From: Tubiluchus corallicola
Taxonomy: Eukaryota > Animalia > Priapulida
Assembly: GCA_030141605.1 (NCBI GenBank)
Contig: JAQGDQ010000085.1
Span: 1 to 64,000 of the forward strand
Direction of reading: 5' to 3'
DNA length: 64,000 nucleotides
Notes under the pieces: model-generated
Seen by the model: only the letters and a program-made list of their open reading frames with translations
The model's database searches: none
What the model was told of the DNA's origin: nothing
Shown: positions 49,801 to 64,000 of the stretch, in pieces
Position numbering within the stretch: position 1 is the first letter of the stretch
How the letters are laid out: every line of letters begins with the position of its first letter
Translations under genes and position numbers: made by a program

Positions 49801-51516
49801 GTGTAAAGTAAAATGAAATTGATTTTTTTCCTGCTTCCTGTATTCCTGCTTATTGTAACAGACAGAAACAGTGCGTCTAATTTTTTGTGTACTAGCAATC
49901 TATGTATTAGTAGGTGTATTTCTTTGCCGGATTATTAGTGCTCTTACTGACGTCGTATTAATGGTGTTTCATACTTTTTTATTGTTTTGTGATTTTAAAT
50001 TTTATGTTTTTGTGCAGCATATTCTGTGCTTACTTGTGTCTAAATATGTTTTTTCAATTCTATATTTTTTTGTGCAGCATATTCTGTGCTTACTTGGCGA
50101 TTTTACTTATTCAGTGATTGCTATAAATTACAAATTCTAATAAGTGCATTTTTGCATTTTTTCTTTTCACCGTGAGACAGAATGCACTAGCTTACAAAAC
50201 TGGCGCCTCTTTTCAATTTCTTGATCGTATCTCTGTTATTAATATGCTAACTGATGTTATGACGTCCGCGGCAGAAAATTTGTCATCCAAGCTTTTCTGA
50301 GTCATTAGATATTCACGTGTACTTCTCCCATCATTGGTAGGGAGCTGAGAAAATGACGGTTATGATTTGATTATTCAGTGTTAGTCAGTCGTGTGGACCG
50401 CTCGCAGTGTTCGATGGCAATTATTGTGATTACGAACCAATGAAGCTCTACGCATTTGTTTAATGTTTTGCACCGCTAGAGTGGCCGCATTTCTTATTTT
50501 TACAATAACAAAACTAGTGCGGAATGTGAACGATTAGACCATTGACACACACGCAGTACGCACGCACGCTGGAACGCATGTATGTACGCACGTTTTTTGC
50601 ACGCACGAAAAATATTATAAACTTTAGTAACATGCAGTATTTTGGGTGATGCATTTCCGCTGATTCTTGTAAGTCATTCCAAAATATATTATATGAACGA
50701 GAACATCACGGTGAAATAGACCTCTTTATAGGTTATTTCGCAAACGAAGAATAAAAACAATCATAATTTCATGAGAAATGTTTTATTTCGAAGACAGATT
50801 TATAACTGGTGATGCAAAAAAGTATATGCTCAGCCGTATAGATTTTACATCAAAGGCCAACGTACGACACGCACAGCGGAGGCTTTTTACATCAATAACT
50901 AATTATGCCTAGTGCTCCCACTGATAGCTTTCAAATTATCAAGAAATAATTACGAGGAGCGGAATAGTTGACTAGTCATTGTGCGAACTTAGCAAAAGAA
51001 GTAAAACGACGCAAGGCTTAGTTAGTACACGTGTGGTGACTATCAGAAAAATAGCTTTTTGAGGGTTCATTTATCTACACGTTGTACTTCTGGGTGGGCT
51101 TTCTACATCAGAACGTCGTTACGATATCTCAACGGTACAATGTTTCATCTTAAAGAATTTTTTACTTTTTTTCCTTTAAAAATACGAGACGTAAACATAA
51201 TTGATAATTAGCAAGGTTTCGGTCCTGTCATTGACTGTTTGCTTATGTTAACTGACCTTATCTTGAGTGTATGGTTTGGATAACCTATCAATGTTGTTAT
51301 TCGCTTATGACACGATTGATTAATTCCGATTTATTATTTGCTGTTTAAGGAATTCAGATTTTCAGGTTATATCAAAATTACGTAACTTTTGGTGATTAAC
51401 ATTTTACAAGTGATTTGATTTATTGCGTTAATTGTGTTTTATAACTTTTAAAAATTTTAATTTTATACTGTAAGTATGTTTTATGAATCTCGTGTTCGAA
51501 ATAAAATAACTTAGTT

Positions 51517-51652
51517 ACTTACTTACTTAGTCACTCCCTCACTCACTCACTCACTCACTCACTCACTCACTCACTCACTCACTCACTCACTCACTCACTC
51601 ATTCACTCACTCACTCACTCACTCACTCATTCACTCACTCACTCACTACTTA
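51517..51652. repeat. (ACTC)n microsatellite
   Basis: Direct reading. Confidence 0.95.
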
Positions 51653-53661
51653 CTATCGTATTTGTGTTTGGCTGAAATACACAGATAACAATTAATTTTT
51701 TTTAATGATTTTAAAACTGTGAAAGGCAATCCGAAAATAAAGAAAAAAAAACTTTTCAGAAAACTTTCAGTTAATAACAGAAGAATCTTAATTGTGAATT
51801 GAAATTGCAAATGATGCTTAGTAAGAATGATTCAATACTGTCATTTAATATCTTCGCTCACTTGCAGGGCTGGGGTACATTACATGTGAAGCTTATTTTT
51901 TTAGATTCACATCTGCCGCATCTACCTGCACATCTATTACATATAAAAATGCAAAAAAACTTCCAGTCTGGCTGAAATCTGTATGAAGAGGTAAATTCTA
52001 ACTACACATGCCACCAGTTTAAAAATTTTGAACTCCATCTTGGAATTTTTGATCTAATACATCAATTACATCATTTTCCTTGCTTATCAACCTGCCATTG
52101 AATTTATGACTTGGCCTAGCCTCAACAAAATTTTCCGAACTGGGTTGCCTAGGCTCGACGACCTCGGGTCAAACGCCACAAAATTTCGTCATCACAGGTC
52201 CCTTGATTGTGTTTTAGCCCATTCTGCATGCGCAGCTTGAGCACTAAACACTTTTAAGTCTCTCAGCAAGTATCAGCAAAAACACTTGGTATCTACCCCA
52301 TACTATGCAGTCTGCCAGCCACGTAAAAAATAATTATTCAGCTCAAGCCTTAAAGATTTTGAGGACAAAGAAAATGGCCGATTAAACCTGACAGTCCTGA
52401 ATTATAGGTCACTGGTCCCATATTTTTTCCAATCTAGTACATCCACATCTATCCTACAATGAGTATCATGACTCTGGAAAAGAAGAAAATGATGAGAACC
52501 GTAAGATTGCTCTTAACAAGTTTTTAAAGAAAAACAGGATGATTTTTCATATCCCACGCCATTTTGAAGTATGTGAAAAAGTATACATTTTAACGCTTAA
52601 AATAATGCCAAACAGTTTCTGATAATTAAATAATAAGTTAAAACGTAATTAACGCCAGGAATGCACAGTTAGTGATTACGTCACAAATGAAATTTTTATA
52701 GCAGCACAAACATTCCAAGAGCGTGTTACACGTGTTTACGAAAGCGAAGATTGGTGTACAGCACTACTGTAAAACATTCAGTGTGATATAGAACAACTCG
52801 GCAAATTTAAAGTTTAGAACTCAAATTTTAAGTTTACCGCTGTGCACACGCATGAGCTCTCGAAGGTGTGTAGTACGTCACAACCGATCACCTCCGAACT
52901 GAGAGATACAGCACCTGTTTTTTGCGCAACATGTTTCCGAGATGCAGGCGCTAGTGTCCATCTAATTAGCGAATGACGTAACAGCGAAGAACAGTTACTA
53001 ATCACGCGAAAGCGTAAATCATTCTTGAAAAAATAGTATGTTCCTTTTCCATATTTTGCAGGGTAAATTGTTTTGAGCTATACTATAACATTGGGTCCGA
53101 TTTTCCTTCAATAATGGTTTTGAAGACAAGGGAATGCTGCAAGAATTATAGAATTTTAACAACCAAATGAGAAGCAAAAAAATTTACTTTAAGAGAAACA
53201 GGGGAAACGTACGATAAAATTAAACAGCAGCTTGCAGAAGATGTTGGAATAGGTCTTCTGTGCGTGTATGTAAACACCCATATAAGATCTGTCTAATTAC
53301 AATAATTACGACAAGCGCTTTGTCGTTACTGCAGAACATCCTAATTAAAGTATTGGCGCTCACAGATTTAGTCTAGTAGCAATACTGCAGTATGTACTGT
53401 ACTGTGAGGCAATTACTGCAAAAGTTGCCATGGGCGATTATAATGAGATGATTGGGAGCACGAACAGGAAACAATTTGGAAAATGACTTACCTCGCTATC
53501 TGAATTAACGATCAAGTATAGAAGAACAGTATACTCACATACTATAAATAAAAGAATCATAGTTACACTTAGACAACAGTAGAATGAAAATTACGCTCAT
53601 TCGTAAACATAAATTACGTCTAAATGAAATAAGAGTGTAAAAAATCGAAAGCCAGCAGGGT

Positions 53662-53995
53662 TACAACACGACAACCCTGTTAACAACAAGGACAGCAATA
53701 GCAACAATAACGACGACAACTACGCCGATAACGACGACATCATCATCTTCATCAAGGGGGTCATCATCATCATCATCACCATCATCACCACCACTATCAT
53801 CATTATCATCACCATCATCATCATCATCGTCATTAACATCGACAACAACAACAATAACAACAACAGCAGCAGCAGTAACAACAACAGCAGCAGAGCAACA
53901 ACAAGGCAGCAAAGGCAATTGGCAGTAGAAGCAGAAGCAGCAACAACTACAGCAGCAAAAACAACGATAACAACAACAACAACAACAGGCAGACA
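53662..53995. repeat. Compound trinucleotide low-complexity tract (AAC/ATC/AGC)
   Basis: Direct reading. Confidence 0.85.
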
Positions 53996-56740
53996 AGCGT
54001 AGGTAGAAAGTAATTAATGTTTATCTCTCAGTAAAGTAAAGGCTTTACTCAGGAGAACTGCGCGATTTCTTAATTTTTTCGGAGAAGGGATCAACTCTAT
54101 AACTCGATCAAGGGAAATTGCTTTGACTGGGCCGGAAGTGACTAAAGTACGATTCATACAGAAGCACTGAGGCTGTGACTAAAATTGAAGCCAAGAATTC
54201 TCTGCCAATTGTTACTGACTTAAACCTATGGCTGTACTGGTGAAATCCTTGCAATGAACGAATGTCGCAGATTACTCAAGCATTTTGACACATAGAGAAA
54301 GTAACTTATTAATGTTACACACAAAGTTAAGGTAAGAGTTTTATAAGGGTAGAAAAAAGTAAATGCCACTACATTTACACGTTTACAGTACATGGATAGC
54401 AAAGAAAATAGATGCCAGGAAAGGCTGATTTCTCTTCGCATACATGAAAAATTCGACAGTCTTTTTAATTTAAACATCTTAGTAATTTGTACGCAAAACC
54501 AATGCGAAAAATAACTCTTGTAAATATATATCATACGCCCGTCACGTCTATTGTAGACATTAGGCAGGCAGAATTCTAAAATAAAAGAACAAGAGTTTTG
54601 GCAATAAATCAGTATGAGATATCTTTTCAAGACGCAGTTAAGTTCAAAACACAGATTTTGACATTTTTTGTCTTTTTTAGCCATACCCAAGCTTTGTTCA
54701 TTGTACGAAAGTTTGCTCTCCAAGATCAACCTTCATTCTGCTTGTTTCCGTGTCGGTCAAGCTAGCCACCCGTGTAATTTGAAGTGACATGTATACGCGT
54801 GCTAATACAAAAATGCTCATGATTGGTTTCCTACATCTGCACAGCTGATTGTGAGCAATGCTGTTTCATGATTTTTCCTCATCTTAGCAAGATTAAAGTT
54901 TCATCACGTTGTAGGCTGTGTGCAGTTTCACCGATGTCTGTTCTTCACACGTCCTTTCTGATTTCACACTGCAGTTATCCAATTTGTTTTGGTGGATTTT
55001 GCACGTTTTAATCGATTTATGCGTTACGATTTATAAAAAAAATCTATCGACATGTTGCAGCTTTGATGCAGTGCGTCATGCCTATTATATATTTCTTCAT
55101 ACCATGTCAGTCGTTTGACATACTTGTCATTTCTTTGTCATACTTATATCATTTTTGTCATACTCATGTCGTTTCTTGGTCATGCTACGTAAATCTTTTG
55201 CCATACTTCAACATAAGCTGTGTCATTCTGATATGCTGTTTCTGCTTCTGTTATGTTATCGCTTTGCTTATGTGTTCGAAAAACGACATGTTTTGCAAAT
55301 GACATTCTAAGAGCATATTATAAACAAGAACTCAAACAACGCGCATATTTATATGTAAAAGCTTTTGCTTTAACCATAAAAGCCACAGAAAGTAACAAAG
55401 AAAAGCGAACTATAAAAAAATTTGGTGGTTTTCATGTGCTAAAACCTGCTTATGAACTAAAACATAAGAACATCTACTTTAAAAGTATAAAAAAGTTATA
55501 CTTTTGATAACCAGAGGAATAAAGTCGGAAAACATTTGTTTTGAAACAAAATCTTTAATATTTCTACTATTACTTATTTAAAAATATAAATATGAAGGTG
55601 ACTCGCATGGTTTGTCAAAAGAAAACAACAGGAATTTGCATTGGTTACCCTGCGGGTGCCGCTTTACTCGCGCGCCATCTGCTGCACCGGATAATGGTCA
55701 CATAATCGCTATCAGTTCTTAAAATTATTGTTATTGCCCTGTAACTATGATACCAATACACCGTATTAACGCTTAACAATAAAAATCCCATAAACAATAT
55801 GCGAAGACCCAGGGGACTCTACTAATAATTTTCACCAACGGGGATAAACATTAAGCAATATGCGCACATGGCTATAAAATAATTATAGGCTCAAAAGCGT
55901 CTAAAACGTCTTTGCTTTTCTGATAATGCTTTTGAGATTACGACTATTACCTGCCTGTATGCTGTTGACATAGAAATTATGGCAATTTAGACATGTCGTG
56001 TAGAGCTAAAATCGCATGTGGTGGATAAACAGAGCATGTTCAAGTGATAATTGTAGGCCTAGCCGCCTAAGCATCATCGTGACACTGCTTACTGTTTAAG
56101 CGATTTTGCTTTTTTTCTCGATATGGTTAATTTATTGAATCAGCACTAATATTCACATTTATTCATTTAAACACTATAATGAACTTACTTTTGTTGTTAT
56201 TAACGTTTTACTTGTTAAGTGCTTCGTCCAGCATTATTGTTTTTTAAACGAGATAATGTCTTCTAAAAAGGTATCACGAATTTCAAATTTGAGATTTACG
56301 GTACAAGAATACAGTCTTTTCATTCGAAAGTTTCAAGAGGTTCTCAGGCAGTATCGCGATTTGGCCTTATTGCGGAGAAATGCGATGATGGTTTCTCTAT
56401 AAACTAGAACAACAACAACAACATCCAGATGAGTAACAATTTGGGTGGAGCTTCGACCAAAAATATCACAGGGAATTCAAACATTTGGCAAAACTTGCGT
56501 GTCTGTGCAAATCTATAGATGTCAATAGTCATTAGGTGCATTACGCACATCGGTACTTGTACGGCAAACCTGGTTAAATCGATTATGTCCGCTATAATAC
56601 TGTTTTTACGTGGATTATCAGTGTTTTGACTACATCATATATATCATATTGATTCTAGTAACCACTTTGAGATTTTTTTCAAGGCCACAATGTAAATATT
56701 GCATCTGTAGCATTTTTGAGACCAACTTTCGCACTCAAAT

Positions 56741-56846
56741 AAGTAGGTAAGTAGGTAGGTTGGTAGTTTGGTAGGCAGGTGGGTAGGTAGACAGGTGAAC
56801 AGATAGGTAGGTAGGCAGTTAGGTAAGTAGGCGGGCAGGTAGGTAA
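56741..56846. repeat. Imperfect (AGGT)n repeat
   Basis: Direct reading. Confidence 0.8.
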
Positions 56847-57566
56847 ATACCTAAGCAGATTCATTCATTCAAAAGTACATTTAATATCAGCCGTAGAAAT
56901 TGTTAAATTTCAAATTTCTGGGAACAGAAATTTCAGACGATCTAAAATGAGAAGCTAACGTACTTTGATGTGTAAAAAAGGCCGGCCCGCCAGCGTTTGT
57001 ATTCTTTAAGACAACGTAAATCATTTAACATTGCCTCTGCTGTGATGCAGAGTTCTGATGGGACCGTAATTGAGAGCATTTTGACAACATCCGTCACTGT
57101 TTGCTATGGCGGGAGATCACAAAGTTCTTGATCAGGCTGTTAAATCTGCTACAAAAAATAAGAAGAATTGAAGAGCAATTTATAACACATTTGTACGAAA
57201 CGAGAGTTTCAAAGAGAGCGCAAGTTATCATTGGTGACGAATGTCATCCTGGTAATATTTATTTTAAATTCCCCCTCTGGCGGCAGATACCGTTAACGCT
57301 AAAACCACAAGGACTTTAGATACTTTCTATCCTGTCGTAGTTACTATCAACAGTAAATTTCAGTAAATTTGCAATATTATCTATGTCACTGTATATAGCT
57401 TATTGACACTTATGTAACGACTGATTGAATTAATTTGTGTTAATTTTTTTGCTGTAGTACATAAAACCACACAAATTTCATTATATTATAATATAATGAC
57501 AAAATACATTGCTTACTTACTTCACTCACAAATTCGTTAGTCAGTTAGATTTATTAGTTGATTACT

Positions 57567-58182
57567 TCATTCGTTCATTCATTCATTCATTCATTCATTC
57601 ATTCATTCATTCATTCATTCATTCATTCATTCATTCATTCATTTGTCCATCTATTGGTCATCTATCCGTCCATCAATCCATCCGTTTGTCATCAATCCAT
57701 TCATTCATTTATTCTTTTACTCACTCATTCACTTTTTCCTTCACTCAGTTAGTCAGTCAGTCGGTCAGTCGTCAGCCACTCAGTCAGTCAGTCAGTCAGT
57801 CAGTCAGTCAGTCAGTCAGTCAGTCAGTCAGTCAGTCAGTCAGTCAGTCAGTCAGTCAGTCAGTCAGTCAGTCAGTCAGGCAGGCAGGCAGGCGGTCAGT
57901 CAGTCAGTCAATCAGTCAGTCAGTCAATCAGTCAGTCAGTCAGTCAGTCAGTCAGTCAGTCAGTCAGTCAGTCAGTCAGTCAGTCAGTCAGTCTGTCAGT
58001 CTGTCTGTCAGTCAGTCAGTCAGTCAGTCATTCAGTCAGTCAGTCAGTCGGCCAGTCAGTCAGTCAGTCAGTCAGTCAGTCAGTCAGTCAGTCAGTCAGT
58101 CAATTAGTCAGCCAGTTAGTCAGTCTGTCGTCAGATAGTCAGAGAGTCAGTCATTCAGTCAGTCAGTAACTGATTCATTCAT
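57567..58182. repeat. Compound (ATTC)n / (AGTC)n microsatellite
   Basis: Direct reading. Confidence 0.96.
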
Positions 58183-61100
58183 TGAAACTGCTTATTCAAG
58201 ATTGTTCAACTACAGAATCTGCATTTACTTGAAAAATAAAAATTCTAGGTGATGATTATTATTACGTTATTACGTTAGCAATACTTTCTACTGATATGAT
58301 TTTTCTCCACACGTTAAATTTACAATAACCATATTAACAAAAATACTAGCACAAATAATTTGCTAAAATAGTAAATAATGATCGTAACCGCAGTAAAGAT
58401 AGCGAGTAGTCACCTAGTCAACTATCCTTATATAAGAAAAAATAAAGAATTAAGCAGCTTTAATAAGCTACGTAATGTGAATTTTGACTTAGATTGATTT
58501 AATTAAACAGTATTACTATTATTATTATTATTATTAAGTCTTATTTAATTTTTCTACAACAAGATTTTTCTACAGTATGAGGTAAATGAATATTCAATAC
58601 TTACTTGTATAAAAGCGTAAAATAGTAGTATAAAATTGAACAAAAACGGTGGCATTGCCTAACAAGTAAATAAAAATTGATCTTAGTCTCATGTTCTAGA
58701 ATATGCATGCGTTTGTTTTTTAAATGACGTGTGAAAAATCTTAGTGACGCACTGTAACTGTTTAAGCCTGGTTAAATCTGTTAGTGTAAAAAAGAAATCG
58801 TATTTAATTTTAATTACTGCGATCAAATAGATACAAGGTCGGCAGTATTGACTAGAAGATAAACAAACCCCCAGTTTAATTACAGGAAAAGTAAATTGAA
58901 TTTCAAGTGTGCGCAATTGATAAATCCGCTTTTTTGGAATCTCCGTTCTGTTCAGTTTTTCTTTATTTTCTTTAGCAATTATTTGCATTGTATCGCATTC
59001 TACCAGAGAATTGTGTGAATTAATTGCAATTGTTATGAAATTAAATGCAAATGTGGTGAGAAAACAGCAGAAACCGATCACGGCTGGGAGGGTTTTACTT
59101 TTAGGCAAGAGTTAACATTCGCGGAGCAGACACGTGATTTATTAACGCCAGAATTTACGATGTAACGGTCCACTAGTTAGTAATAAAGGACTCGTGGGTG
59201 TGGTAGGCCTTGCTGTTGCTGATGTTGCTTATTCAAGCGTCAACTTTTTCATCTAATCTTAAGCTTATTAAAATCTAAACAGGCGTGGGTTTAGTTACGA
59301 ACCCTCCCGAGATTATTCACCCACTGATAATCGGTTTGTCTTAATCTGAATGTGAATGATAGAGGGAAGCAGCAGAATGCGTTGACCACAAAATCGTCAT
59401 TTGGAAGAAGAAAAATAACACATATAGCTCGATGACAACAGCGCTGACGACTGCGACGCCAACGAACAACAAGAAGAAGGCGATTATGATGATAATGATG
59501 GCCACGAAGTTAAAGACGGTGGAAGTAAACAATTATCGACATGTTCATTAGTATTGCACTACAAATCAGGAATTTGCTTACATGCGAAATGACGGTAACG
59601 TACGAGAGAAATGTAGAAGCGCACAATTAAAATTAAAAATAATCAAAATTCCCTTAATCACCCACGTATTGCTCCATTTGTTTGTTTAACAGTTTTGGTT
59701 GCTGTAATAAGAGATTGTTATAAAATGATCAAATCCTGTTTCAATCGTAATTGCAACTGTTCTGTTCTCGGCTATGGAGTAATTTATAAAGTTCATACCA
59801 GGCAGACAGTAAGTCACAGCGCATAGGTAAAGGTCGGAGCCTATTAATTTTTGGCTCAATCAGTGTAGATTTGATAATTTTTACAATTTTGAGTATACTA
59901 ACATTCCCTTACTGTGGATTATGAGCCGCGGACAACTATACCTCTCCACGAAGGTCTCTTCTGGGCTGTAAAGTGGCTTTACTCCACTCTAGTGCATATT
60001 GATGTCTGCTTGAAAGTTCGTTATCAGTTGATGGGGAAAAACCTATTTAAATTATGAGATGTGCTAGTACTCAGAATGCGGTATTTTCTAGTAGAAGTTT
60101 TGGAATACATTAAATGCTGGATGGCTTGAATTTTTTACAATATTGTAACGAAGAGCGGATCGCGCTCCATGTCAGTTGTCCTTACGGAGCAGGTGCTGAG
60201 ATGAAAGACGCCCCTGCCCGTCAGCCCACTGAACCAACGAGTCCATTTCATACCAGCTACTTATAGCTGCTATACAACGCTGATATGCAATAGCTTCGTA
60301 ATGGATCGAACTATCACAATGTAGAGGGAGGGGTAGAAAATAAATGGCATTTCGCCCCCGTAACAATATTATTGATTTTAGAACTCATTTTGCAGTACAA
60401 AATTTTAGATTCTGCTAGCAGTCACTTTGATTTACACATTTTTGAATGAACATTGATCAACTTTCTTTCTTGTTTCTGGAATTATTCTGAACAGGTCCTT
60501 ATAGTTGCTCGTTTACAGCATTTAATGTGCAAAGGTTTCTCTTATTACTACCCGCAAGCATTGGTTAAAGATGAATTGTGATGGAGTAACATGACTTTAT
60601 TTCTTCCGTTATATGGCTTTGTATCACACGATATGTGAGTTTACAATTTATTATTAAATTTTGTCTTGTTTTCTTGTCACAATGTTGAATTTGGAATATT
60701 TTTACATAGTATGTTTATTTAGGTGAACTTTTGCGTGAACATTACTTTAACTGTGTCGAAACGTTGCAGATGCTGTGCCTTAATGAAAGCCATGTCTTTG
60801 CTTAAGTGGGTGCTGGCTGTTATTTTTATGTTAAGAATTTGTTTTCCCCATTACCAGTCAGTACAGACTTCCTCCAGGGAGCCGAGAATACAGTCATGTC
60901 CAATAATTCTTTCGGCAGTACTAACAACAAGCTACCCACACTAGATGTACGGTTACTAGTTACTACTTCTCCATGTGAAGGTTTTCTATTTCAGCTACTT
61001 GGTGACAAATTATTGCTCATGCTATTCATGCTATGCGTACAAATTCTCATTAACTGTTACTAGCGTTCAGCTTCTGCTAATGAAGGTGAGGTGAGAAATT

Positions 61101-62855
61101 TGGCAGAATACAGGTGTCGCAGGTAATGGTAACATAATACGGAAGCTTACCTGTCAGCCCTCATTAACCAGGTAGCGATACTTAACGTGCGCAGGTAAAT
61201 AGATGGTATCTTTAGTGAGCCTGAGTCTTTGTTACCTGCCTGAAAGAGTTGACACTCTATAAGGCTTATCAGTTGAGGCTGCCCGGGAAAATGACTTGTT
61301 CTTGCCTTTTTTGGCAACAGAATCCAAGATGTCCTTTGCAAAATGAAGCCAATCATGATGATAGTTTACAGAATTATAGGCTTCATCAATTTACACCTGA
61401 ACAATAGTCTTGGAGAATCTTGCCCGAGGTAGAGAGAGATTAGGCTGATACTAGCACTCTTGGTTTATTTGCGCATGTGTGATACGTTAAAAAATTCATT
61501 TAAAATAAATTGTTTTTGTATATGTGTGTTATTTCTAGAATCAAGCAGCATGAAAGTTTTTAACTACATGTTAGATGAATAAGTTAGTGGACTTCAGTAC
61601 CTTCACGTTATTGTAGTGCTTGTAAATAATAATATTTTATTTTGCTTTTCTACGTTTTATAAGGCAATAAACGTATAAATCTGTAATAATAAAAACTGTA
61701 AATAAAGATTGTAAAATTCGATAAATTATTTATAATTTCTGCAAAAAGGTACCCTGTGAAATAGTAAGAGAAATTACTCAGTAGTTACAACAGATCAAAT
61801 ACACTAAATAGTAGTTAGTAAGATTAAGAAGCAAACATATACCTACATGTATAAATGCTTTAAAAAGGAGTTACTAAAATCTTAGTAGCAATAGAACTAA
61901 TATGATCCAATATGTACAATACATTATGGTGTGAACGGTAATGGTAACCTTGTGAATGCTTTGAACAGAAAAAATGTTTCGTATTGCTTTCATTTTTATG
62001 TTTCGCCCCGCACAAGCCACCTGTACTCAACACAGCGTTATTTTATTGTAATTGGATATACACCATTAGTTCGTAAAGTATACACTAACGCTAAAAGGCG
62101 TCTAGCATTTCAGTCTGCTAACAGCAATGTGTCTTCATGTGATTACAGGCACCGGACAAAATCATTCTACTTACATTTTATTTCAGCGAAAACAAATTTG
62201 TCATGTTGCAATATTAAGAGAAGAACATGAAATTTTTAAAAATTTACAAGCTAAAATACAACACAAACCAAGAAGCATAAAATAGCTATTTAGAACTTTG
62301 ATGAAAAGATTTAGATACGTTTTTGTTTTGAAATATATTTTATTTATAGATTGTTCGGGCTTGGCCAAGTACCACTTTGAACTTGCGCCATCGACCATGC
62401 AACATTTCTACAGTCTCAGAGTTAGCGTCATACCTTTCGAGCTGTTTGATGATAAAATGCCCTGATCATCTAAGAAAGAAAATTTTAATCCAACTGCATA
62501 ATATACATGTAGACAAATGTACCAATTTAAGCAAACCGTTAAAATGCATGTGAAGTCGTTTTTTCTTTGTTAGCTTTCGCGGCCATTTTGCAATTAATAT
62601 CGTAACTGTTGTACCAGGCTTTTGTCTATTTCCGTAGTTTAAGTCATTTTTCAAATGGAGGTGGAGCGAGGGAGGAGCAGCTCATAGAAGCCCGCCATGT
62701 TTTCTCCATTTTACATGTTAAATTACCTCTGAATGAAGCGTGAAGACGCAGAGCGATTTAGAGGCGATTCACACATTTCTGTGTCTGCTTTCATTTTGAG
62801 TTTCTGGATTTTCATCCGGGCACAATAAGTGTTACAATAAGTAAACAGGTAAATA

Positions 62856-63096
62856 AGTAGGTAGGTAGGCAAATAGGTAGGTTGGTGGGTAGGTAGGTAG
62901 ATAGATAGATAGATAGGTAGGTAGGTAGGTAGGTAGGTAGGTAGGTAGGTAGGTAGGTAGGTAGGTAGGTAGGTAGGTAGGTAGGTAGGTAGGTAGGTAG
63001 ATAGGTAGGTAGGTAGGTAGGTAATTAGATAGGTAGGTAGGTAGGTAGGTAGGTAGGTAGGTAGGTAGGTAGGTAGGTAGGTAGGTAAGTAGATAG
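62856..63096. repeat. (AGGT)n microsatellite
   Basis: Direct reading. Confidence 0.96.
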
Positions 63097-64000
63097 GAAA
63101 GTAAATTTTCCCTGCATCTCTGAACAGAATATATTCTTTAAACATGCGTATTAAACTTCTTATCAACTTACAAATTAATTCACAAGATGAACAGATTCAT
63201 TGATTAATTGATCGACCAAGCAACTGACAAATAATCGCTTTGTTGATTAAAAAGTCGGTTCGACTTAGAACCTGACTTTATTTTCTAATTTATTTAACCG
63301 ATTTTCATGAATTGGTTTTTGGTCAATCATTTGATAAAGTCTATCATTAAACTGTTCATTTATTAGTTAATCTGTGAGTAGTTAGTTAGTCGGTACTTTA
63401 GTCAGTCAGTCAGCTAGTTGGTTACTTAGTTGATTACTCACTTAATAAGTCAGCCAAGCAGCCAGTCAATCTGTTAGTCAGCTAAACAGCACTCACGTAC
63501 AGTCTTTAGCTCAGTTAGTCAGTCATCCAATATAGCCTTTTGCTTGTCTGTCATTCTGTTATTCAGTTACCAACAAGTCAGTCAGACACCACGATAGTTG
63601 TCTGATCATTCAGCCAGTTGCTCACTTAACTAATCATATAAATGACAACCTGACAACAGTGTCTTCTCCCAAACTGCTGGTGACTATGCCTCTTCTACTT
63701 GATCTGTTGATCATCAATATAGTACCTACTAACCAACCAGCCAACTAGCTTACTAAACTTTCAACCATGCGACAAAGCCGTCCAACGAACCCATTAACGC
63801 AATGCAAAAAGTGGGAATCGAAGCCTGGGCAATATGGCCGAAGGTGCAAAGATAGTTATGATTGTATGCAGCTATAATCTTCACCATTTTAATTCTCACA
63901 CGTTTTCGTTTGTTTGTCGAGTTGTCGTCCTGTGCCCTGACATAAAAAGTAAATAAGCTGGCAGCTAGAATGCAATGTACAGCAAATATTTGTAATAGAA

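Noticed and set aside
54226-55507. Cluster of 60-167 aa ORFs
   Set aside because: No domains or splice structure; the composition fits chance ORFs in AT-rich or repeat DNA.
57509-58138. SQSV-rich ORFs
   Set aside because: Translations of (ATTC)n/(AGTC)n.
62723-63166. PTYL-repeat ORF
   Set aside because: Translation of (AGGT)n.

Overview
AT-rich invertebrate animal genomic DNA (spliceosomal introns, LINEs, SINEs, microsatellites), not prokaryotic. On the + strand, 0.7-27.6 kb holds two tandem chymotrypsin-like (S1A) serine protease paralogues, each apparently disabled; a small two-TM protein with PPxY motifs; and an intact 4-exon gustatory-receptor-like (Gr/GRL) gene. 30.8-41 kb is a minus-strand retroelement nest. 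It contains an old L2/CR1-group LINE with an SGNH-esterase ORF1 and a 2A-like 'LETNPGP' peptide ahead of the APE endonuclease, and a younger LINE with an intact 955-aa APE-RT ORF. The most striking feature lies inside the old LINE: a decayed endogenous viral element encoding a Phenuiviridae (phlebo/tenui-like bunyavirus) nucleocapsid protein, bounded by ACACAAAG / ACACAA terminus-like motifs and split by a host repeat. The last ~23 kb is mostly non-coding (RTE fragments, SINE, microsatellites). All family calls come from motif recognition by eye; no database searches were run.
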